DNA of 64,000 nucleotides, from NCBI GenBank assembly GCA_963713045.1, contig CAVQKE010000003.1, positions 32,001-96,000 of the forward strand, in the 5' to 3' direction. The translations under genes and the position numbers were made by a program. The number at the start of each line of letters is the position of its first letter. The first letter of the stretch is position 1. Under the pieces are notes generated by a model. That model saw only the letters and a program-made list of their open reading frames with translations. It had not been told where the DNA came from and searched no databases. Below, in pieces: positions 58,386 to 64,000 of this stretch. The stretch comes from an uncultured delta proteobacterium (GTDB lineage Bacteria; Myxococcota; Myxococcia; Myxococcales; Myxococcaceae).

Positions 58386-59405
58386 TCAGGCCCAAGGACG
58401 ACTGGCTTTCCAACCTGCCATAGATAGCGGCGGCCTCTGGTCTAGTTTCACAAGATCTTCAACCGCTTTTCCTTCAGCTTCAGCAGCGTGATAGCGGCGC
58501 CGAATTAGCCCAATGTCGACAGCCGCCTCAGGATATTGCATATTTAAATCCTCCAGCGCGCGTGTCACAATGCGGGATACCAAGAGGTCACGAACCCACT
58601 TGTCGTCTGACGGAATCACGAACCAAGGGGCAGAGTGAGTGCTGGTCTTCTCGATCATATCCTCAAACGCACGGACGTAGTCGTCCCAATATTTCCTCTC
58701 TTCGTAGTCGGCTTCGCTGATCTTCCAGCGTCGCGCCGGATCGTCTAACCTGCGTTTGAAACGCGCCAATTGCTCATCTTTTGAAATATGCAACAGAAAC
58801 TTTAGAATGGTGGTGTGATTCTCCGTCACCAGCAGCCTCTCCCAGTTGTTGATCAAATCATAGCGCGATGACCAAACGTGAACGGGAACAAGCTGGTGCA
58901 CACGAACAACGAGCACGTCCTCGTAGTGCGACCGGTTGAAGATTGTCATTTCCCCACGGGCCGGAACGTGGCGGTGCCCCCGCCACAGAAAATCGTGTTC
59001 GCGTTCGCCCCGCGTCGGCTGCTTAAACGGAACTACGCGGCATCCCGTTGGACTGAGACCGCTCAACAGATAACGACTGAGACCATCTTTTCCTGAAGCA
59101 TCCATGCCCTGAAGAATGATGAGCAGGGAGTGCTTTCTTTGCGCGTACATCACGTTTTGCAACCGATCCAGTTTCTGAAGCTGAAGCAGCAATTCCGGCA
59201 GCAGCTTCTCATACATGTCAGGGGGTCCCGGGAAATTCGCGGAGAAGTCGCCGAGCTTAACACTGGTCCCCGGCGCAACCGTAAATTTCCTAAGAGTGTC
59301 CGACCCGAAAGCGAGTTCGTCGCCGGAAAGCTCTGCGGCTCTTAGGGTTGAGGATCTGTTAGTGACCATACCTGCAATCATGTTGGGAACGGACGTACAC
59401 AGCAT
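58386..59405 (-). CDS. Polyphosphate kinase 2 family protein
   Basis: LIILQGMDASGKDG, FKQPT..EREHDFLWR, FNRSHYEDVLVVRVH, LHISKDEQ, WKISEAD, APWFVIPSDDKW. Confidence 0.93.
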   Translation of the reverse strand: MLCTSVPNMIAGMVTNRSSTLRAAELSGDELAFGSDTLRKFTVAPGTSVKLGDFSANFPGPPDMYEKLLPELLLQLQKLDRLQNVMYAQRKHSLLIILQGMDASGKDGLSRYLLSGLSPTGCRVVPFKQPTRGEREHDFLWRGHRHVPARGEMTIFNRSHYEDVLVVRVHQLVPVHVWSSRYDLINNWERLLVTENHTTILKFLLHISKDEQLARFKRRLDDPARRWKISEADYEERKYWDDYVRAFEDMIEKTSTHSAPWFVIPSDDKWVRDLLVSRIVTRALEDLNMQYPEAAVDIGLIRRRYHAAEAEGKAVEDLVKLDQRPPLSMAGWKASRPWA

Positions 59406-59530
59406 TAGCCCTCCACGCTTTTCCAGCGTTTCCGCGACTTCATATCTTCAGATGGTTGTTTTCAACAACAGGGCTCTTTTTCGCGGGTCAAACCAAAGAG
59501 TCTGCGGAGTGGCGGGACGGCCAGATTGCC

Positions 59531-60294
59531 TTATGGCTGGGGCTGAATCCCGTCAGCGGCTCTGACGGGACCGGAACGGTCGACATTCATCACCAGATAA
59601 TCGCTGTATCGGATTTCAAGCTCACTCGCACCGAGAAGTAACCCCGAACTGACGCCGCCGGTATGAATTGGCAGCCATACTCCGCTGACTTGAGCAAAAT
59701 CCTGGGTAATGTGAGGCGAACCCACCCATAAGGAGACGCTCGCGGACGTGATACCGTCCAGGCGCATGACGCCGTAAGTTCTCAGTCGATCCAAGCATCG
59801 CCCTTGACCAAATACTTACTTTTGCGTTTGGGGATAAGTTCTATGACATAGCAGGGGCGGCCGCGGGTCGAGTCGGTGCCACGCAGTCGCGCGGTGTAGT
59901 TGGCTGGACTGATCTCGATCTGAACGAACTTCTCCGGCAGGCTAACTTCCGTTTCGGAGACAAGCAGCTTATCGAGAACCTCAAGAAGTTTTGGCGATCC
60001 GGTCCGGTTCAGAATGGTGAAGTCCTTACCTGCGCCCGGACGGTAATTCACCTGTACTAGCGCGACAGCCTCTTTGTCGAACCTGTAATTCCTTAGGCGA
60101 TATTCGCGAGTTCCTGAATAGGAGGAATTTTGACTCTTGGCGATGGCCTCGGCGACACGAGCGAGGATCTCGTCAGTGGTCGGTTCGACCGCTACAGTGC
60201 CCGCTACAGCGGGGGCCCCCAAAATTGAGAGGAGCGATAGGAGACTCGCCAGGAGCCGACACTCACAAGTGCACAGTCGTTTCTTCCGCAGCAT
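59531..60294 (-). CDS. Exported LolA/RseB-like fold protein (frameshift near 59790)
   Basis: Signal peptide; YSGTREYRL, ISPANY, CYVIELIPKRKSKYLVKGDAWID, QDFAQVSGVWLP, LEIRYSDY. Confidence 0.65.
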
Positions 60295-60315
60295 TTGGAA
60301 CGCCGATGCCCTTGC

Positions 60316-60343
60316 TCTTTGAGCCCTGTCGAGGGCTCAAAGA
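60316..60343. promoter_or_regulatory. Perfect 12-bp inverted repeat in a divergent promoter region
   Basis: TCTTTGAGCCCT-GTCG-AGGGCTCAAAGA. Confidence 0.5.
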
Positions 60344-60462
60344 CTCATTATTAAATCTAAAGTCATCTCGAAAACATCCAGGGTTCGTGAGCGTATCGGA
60401 TGCGTTGGTTGCATCCTGAACCGCTCAAGGACTCAACCATTGATGTCCGGAGGGATCATCTG

Positions 60463-61479
60463 ATGTATACAATGCAACGGCCGATACTTGCGCTTGTCAC
60501 TGCCCTCACACTTACTCTCCCGATCGTTGCCGGAGCCAAGGCGGGACGAACGGCCCGCAGTCAAAGCTCAAGCGATGGCAGCGGAGCCGCCGTTCTCTGG
60601 AGCGAACCAGGGAGCGTCCCGAAACGCGACCTTTACTATGGTCCGGGAGGCCGGGATCACGCGCCAAAAGGAATGTTTACTTTCTTGGCGGAAGACATGA
60701 ACGGCAGCAATCCGAAGTTCGATGTCCTCGACGAAGATGGCGTGAAATGGACGGTCAAATTGGGTGAGGAGGCGCGTCCCGAAACCGCCGCGTCGCGGAT
60801 CGTATGGTCGATCGGGTATTTCGCGAACGAGGACTACCTTATGCCGGTCCTACACGTTCAGAACATGGCGAAACTCCGACGCGGCGCGGATCTCGTCTCT
60901 CGCGACGGGACCATGCACAATGTTCGCCTCAAGAGACACTTGAAGGAACAGAAGAAGCTCGGCAATTGGATGTGGGCCGACAATCCGTTCGTCGGAACGC
61001 GCGAATGGTACGGACTCAGGGCATTGATGGCCGTCATCAACAACTGGGATCTTAAAGACTCGAACAATTCCATCTATCAAGTTCGTGGCGATCATCCACA
61101 GCAACTTTACACCGTCAGCGATCTTGGATCGAGTTTCGGTTCCCCTGGCTTGAACTGGGAGCGGAAGGGAAATTTGAAAGCGTACGCAGGTTCCAAGATG
61201 ATCAGGCGGGTTTCATTGGAATTCATCGATTTTCACGTTCCTGCTCGGCCGAAGATGGACACGTTTGTGAATGTTCCTGAGCTCACCAAACGGCTCGGCT
61301 TGCTCTGGCTCGGCGAGCGCATTCCGATCGAGGATGTGAGGTGGGTGGGACACTTGCTCGCTCAATTGTCGCCAGAGCAGATTCGCGATGCGTTTCGCGC
61401 GGCCGGCTATTCCGCGGAGGACGTAGAGGCGTTCAGCTCGGTGCTCGAACAGCGCATCGCCCAACTGGGAAAGCTATGA
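60463..61479 (+). CDS. Secreted protein with atypical kinase-like motifs
   Basis: GGAGG RBS; signal peptide; GSNPKF, WTVKLGEEARPE, NNWDLKDSNN, VSDLGSSFG. Confidence 0.7.
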   Translation: MYTMQRPILALVTALTLTLPIVAGAKAGRTARSQSSSDGSGAAVLWSEPGSVPKRDLYYGPGGRDHAPKGMFTFLAEDMNGSNPKFDVLDEDGVKWTVKLGEEARPETAASRIVWSIGYFANEDYLMPVLHVQNMAKLRRGADLVSRDGTMHNVRLKRHLKEQKKLGNWMWADNPFVGTREWYGLRALMAVINNWDLKDSNNSIYQVRGDHPQQLYTVSDLGSSFGSPGLNWERKGNLKAYAGSKMIRRVSLEFIDFHVPARPKMDTFVNVPELTKRLGLLWLGERIPIEDVRWVGHLLAQLSPEQIRDAFRAAGYSAEDVEAFSSVLEQRIAQLGKL

Positions 61480-61489
61480 CGGATGGGAA

Positions 61490-61516
61490 GGAGCGGACTA
61501 GCTACTAGCCCGCTCC
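61490..61516. terminator. Hairpin between convergent genes
   Basis: GGAGCGGACTAG-CTA-CTAGCCCGCTCC stem with one mismatch. Confidence 0.5.
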
Positions 61517-61535
61517 AACGATGTTGACTGGCGAG

Positions 61536-62333
61536 TTACTTTTTGATCGTTTCGAGAGGCAGTCGCTCGACATCTAGCTGCTGCCTGCGCACAGTGTCGC
61601 GGACCTTCTCGATATGGTCCGAACCTTTTCTCCGGATCACCACTTCTTCGGTCAGGCGAACAGATTTACTAACAACCGGTTGCTCGGCACTCTCCACGAC
61701 TTCAAACACCTGTTCAGACCAATCGATGTCCTTCAAGTAACCAGGCTCAGAAATCGCGCGCCGCATGATTTCGACGTGCTCTTCATGCAAGTTCACGTTC
61801 GCTTCCACTGGCTTCTCAACGACGAAACGCCGAACCCGAGTTTTTCCGGATTCTATTTTCCGCTTGCCGACATCCAGCTGTTCCTCCGCCAGGCGCACCA
61901 CTTCCTCGTCCTTCTTCATCGCCGTGGGTGCCAGGGATGCTGCCGAAGGAGTTGCTGCCATAGTGGGCGGCGGGACAACGACTTTCGGGCGTTCCGCGAG
62001 GCCCTGCGCTCGAGCGCGGTCGAGGACGTCAACGGGTTTGTGGGCGTCCAACAAGTCGATCACGTTGGGTGCTTCCGATTCGGTAGCCCGAACCACTAGC
62101 ACTGCTCCACTTTGTCGAACGGTACGTCCGTAAACTTCCGCTTCGTGCAACCCTAAGTCTCCCCCGAACAAACGCTGCCAGAATTCGGGCTCGTGCAACC
62201 GGGCCTCGGCCTCTCCCTCATTCTTGATTACGCTGATATCAGAGGTTGGATAACCCGCCAGTCTCAGCGTGTTGACCGCGGCGTCCGCGTGGGCCACCGT
62301 GTCGTAAACCGCAACAATCTTTTCATGGGCCAT
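61536..62333 (-). CDS. YsnF/AvaK (DUF2382) domain stress protein
   Basis: IVAVYDT...LRLAGY N-terminal domain; VVRLAEEQLDVGKR...RVRRFVVEKPVE...EEVVIRR...DTVRRQQLDVE. Confidence 0.9.
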   Translation of the reverse strand: MAHEKIVAVYDTVAHADAAVNTLRLAGYPTSDISVIKNEGEAEARLHEPEFWQRLFGGDLGLHEAEVYGRTVRQSGAVLVVRATESEAPNVIDLLDAHKPVDVLDRARAQGLAERPKVVVPPPTMAATPSAASLAPTAMKKDEEVVRLAEEQLDVGKRKIESGKTRVRRFVVEKPVEANVNLHEEHVEIMRRAISEPGYLKDIDWSEQVFEVVESAEQPVVSKSVRLTEEVVIRRKGSDHIEKVRDTVRRQQLDVERLPLETIKK

Positions 62334-62403
62334 AATATTTCTCCTTAAAGTTCCTATCGCCTGTTCTTCGGATCTTCGTTGCTGCTCACAGCGTGAAACA
62401 ATG

Positions 62404-63582
62404 CTACTTCTGCGTCACCCGCATCGAAATGCGCCGGTTTCTCGCCCGGCCTTCCGCGGTTTCATTGTCGGCGACCGGAAACTGCTCGCCGTAACCGTGA
62501 GCTTCGAGACGGTCACGAGAGATCCCCAATGCAACCAGTTGATCGACGACGCCGTTCGCGCGATCCTGCGAAAGCTGTAGGTTGTGCGCCGCGTCTCCCG
62601 TGTTGTCGGTATAGCCGCCGACAGTGAGATGCACATTCGGGTATGCCTTTAGGATCTCGGCGATATTTTGCAACTGTTCCTGAGACTCTGGCCGAAGTTG
62701 TGCGGAGTCCGTATCGAATGTGAGTCGGTCGAAATCAAACCAGGTAGTCTCGTTGACAGTCTTCGTGGGATCCTGAATGAACTGGAGTAAACGCATCTCC
62801 ATGCCGCGGATCGGAATGCTCAGCCGCACGTTGTCCGGAAGCATTCGAGGCACAAAATTCCCAAGGTCTGGTCGCACCGCCTCCGGAACTCGCACGTGCT
62901 GCCTGGTGAAGAGCCAGAACAGCAAAGGGATCAGGAGCAAAGCTGGGAGGATCCACATCCAGCCTGGAACACCCGCACGCGGCTCCTTCACGGTGGTGAT
63001 TGAGAGCGGGCGCGCCCCCGCGTCGACAGCTGTCCGACCGGCAGTTGTAGCGCCAGGCAGACCCGCGGGTAACATCCCTTGGATACCGGCGTTCTCTTGG
63101 ACGAGCCAATTCCGCAGGTCGTCCTGAGTCATATTGCCGCCGCGCACAGCGCGCCCCAGAGCGCTCATCAAGAGGGGAGCAGCAACGCTCATGAGGCTTG
63201 CGACTGACGAAGCCCGCAATCCGGAAGATCGTCCGATGGCATCGGCAACAGCGGATTGATCGGCGCCGAATGCCTGCCACAGAAATTTCTTCCCAGAATC
63301 GAGAAGCGACGCTGTGGCGCCGGTTGCTCCGGCCGGCCCCAAGACAGCGCTTGCAAGATTCGAGACATTTACATCCGATGGTGTTTGTGAAATGAGCCGG
63401 AATATTTGGCCCATGGAACTGGCATCGCTGGATCGAGCGGTTAATCCGTCAATCATCGACGCCGTGGTCGACTCGAGGCCTCGTGAGACCGCGTGTCCAG
63501 ATTCCCCAAGACGCGACGCGATTTCGTTAACGCTGCGGGAGTCGAGTAAATTGAAAAGCGAGGAGAGCACGGACGTTGCCAT
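62404..63582 (-). CDS. DUF937-OmpA family peptidoglycan-binding protein
   Basis: Helical DUF937-like N-terminus, one TM, then FDFDRLTFDT, GGYTDNTG, NLQLSQDRA, GYGEQFPVADN...GRARNRRI. Confidence 0.92.
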   Translation of the reverse strand: MATSVLSSLFNLLDSRSVNEIASRLGESGHAVSRGLESTTASMIDGLTARSSDASSMGQIFRLISQTPSDVNVSNLASAVLGPAGATGATASLLDSGKKFLWQAFGADQSAVADAIGRSSGLRASSVASLMSVAAPLLMSALGRAVRGGNMTQDDLRNWLVQENAGIQGMLPAGLPGATTAGRTAVDAGARPLSITTVKEPRAGVPGWMWILPALLLIPLLFWLFTRQHVRVPEAVRPDLGNFVPRMLPDNVRLSIPIRGMEMRLLQFIQDPTKTVNETTWFDFDRLTFDTDSAQLRPESQEQLQNIAEILKAYPNVHLTVGGYTDNTGDAAHNLQLSQDRANGVVDQLVALGISRDRLEAHGYGEQFPVADNETAEGRARNRRISMRVTQK

Positions 63583-64000
63583 AAATTCACCTTCTAAGTT
63601 TTGCTTGTGGCGGGAAATCCGGCGGCCTTTCTGTCCACGGCGAATGATGGCTAGCCTGCCAGCCCTGCTCCTAACGAAGCCCTTTCAGCAGGATTGATGC
63701 CGTCTGTGCCGCTTAACCGTAAAACTTTCGAGGCGCTTTTGGTGGTGGCGGTTTTTCGAGGATCCGAAAAGGCCAGGAAGGGATGCGTTCGATGATTTGG
63801 GGAATGCCAAAACCAAGCCCTTAAATGGCTGGTTTGCCTTTGGGAACCGGGCACGTCTGCGTCCTATGGCGAGGAGTGGCCTGGCGCAGTTTCCGTGGGG
63901 GAACCGCTGGACCGCGTTGCAGTAGCCGCGGTCGCTCAGCGTTTTCTTCTTCCCGAACGCTCTACGGCGTTCCGCCGCTTCCATCGTTATAGACGGCAAT

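Noticed and set aside
63600..64000. Riboswitch or gene upstream of the OmpA gene
   Set aside because: No recognisable aptamer consensus, and the ORFs lack protein-like features.

Overview
Bacterial accessory-type window. The gene repertoire looks Acidobacteriota-like (Bryobacteraceae/Solibacter style); this is an inference, not a classification. Many genes carry single-base indels, densest at about 29.9-40.5 kb, which I read mainly as long-read consensus errors. The main result is a roughly 17 kb minus-strand Wzx/Wzy exopolysaccharide operon (57.85 to 40.9 kb) headed by a UpxY/NusG-type antiterminator with an ops-like motif. It encodes PglF/PglE/PglC-like amino-sugar enzymes, only one elongating glycosyltransferase, two GNAT/Fem-type transferases, a second PLP aminotransferase and a deacetylase. 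It ends in a tightly coupled cassette of phosphosulfolactate synthase (ComA), phosphosulfolactate phosphatase (ComB) and an ATP-grasp ligase, with no other coenzyme M genes. This suggests a system that makes sulfolactate and amide-links it to a surface polysaccharide. A CzcCBA-like efflux pump follows in the same orientation. The second highlight is an intact 2059-bp IS1595-family element with perfect 25-bp TIRs and an 8-bp TSD. It carries a trypsin-like protease passenger, and both TIRs contain an inward-facing TTGACA -35 box. Also present: two PAS-rich kinases, msrB, an orphan mreB, an M16 peptidase, an AspT-like antiporter, a metallothionein-like gene, a 3'-half tRNA-Arg(ACG) att-like scar, two GH63/MGH1-like glucosidases (one with an internal tandem duplication), ackA, a secreted tyrosine-type phosphatase, a DUF4091 protein, PPK2, a secreted kinase-fold protein, YsnF and OmpA genes, and several gene relics (LigD, ISL3, PstS/SSB-like).
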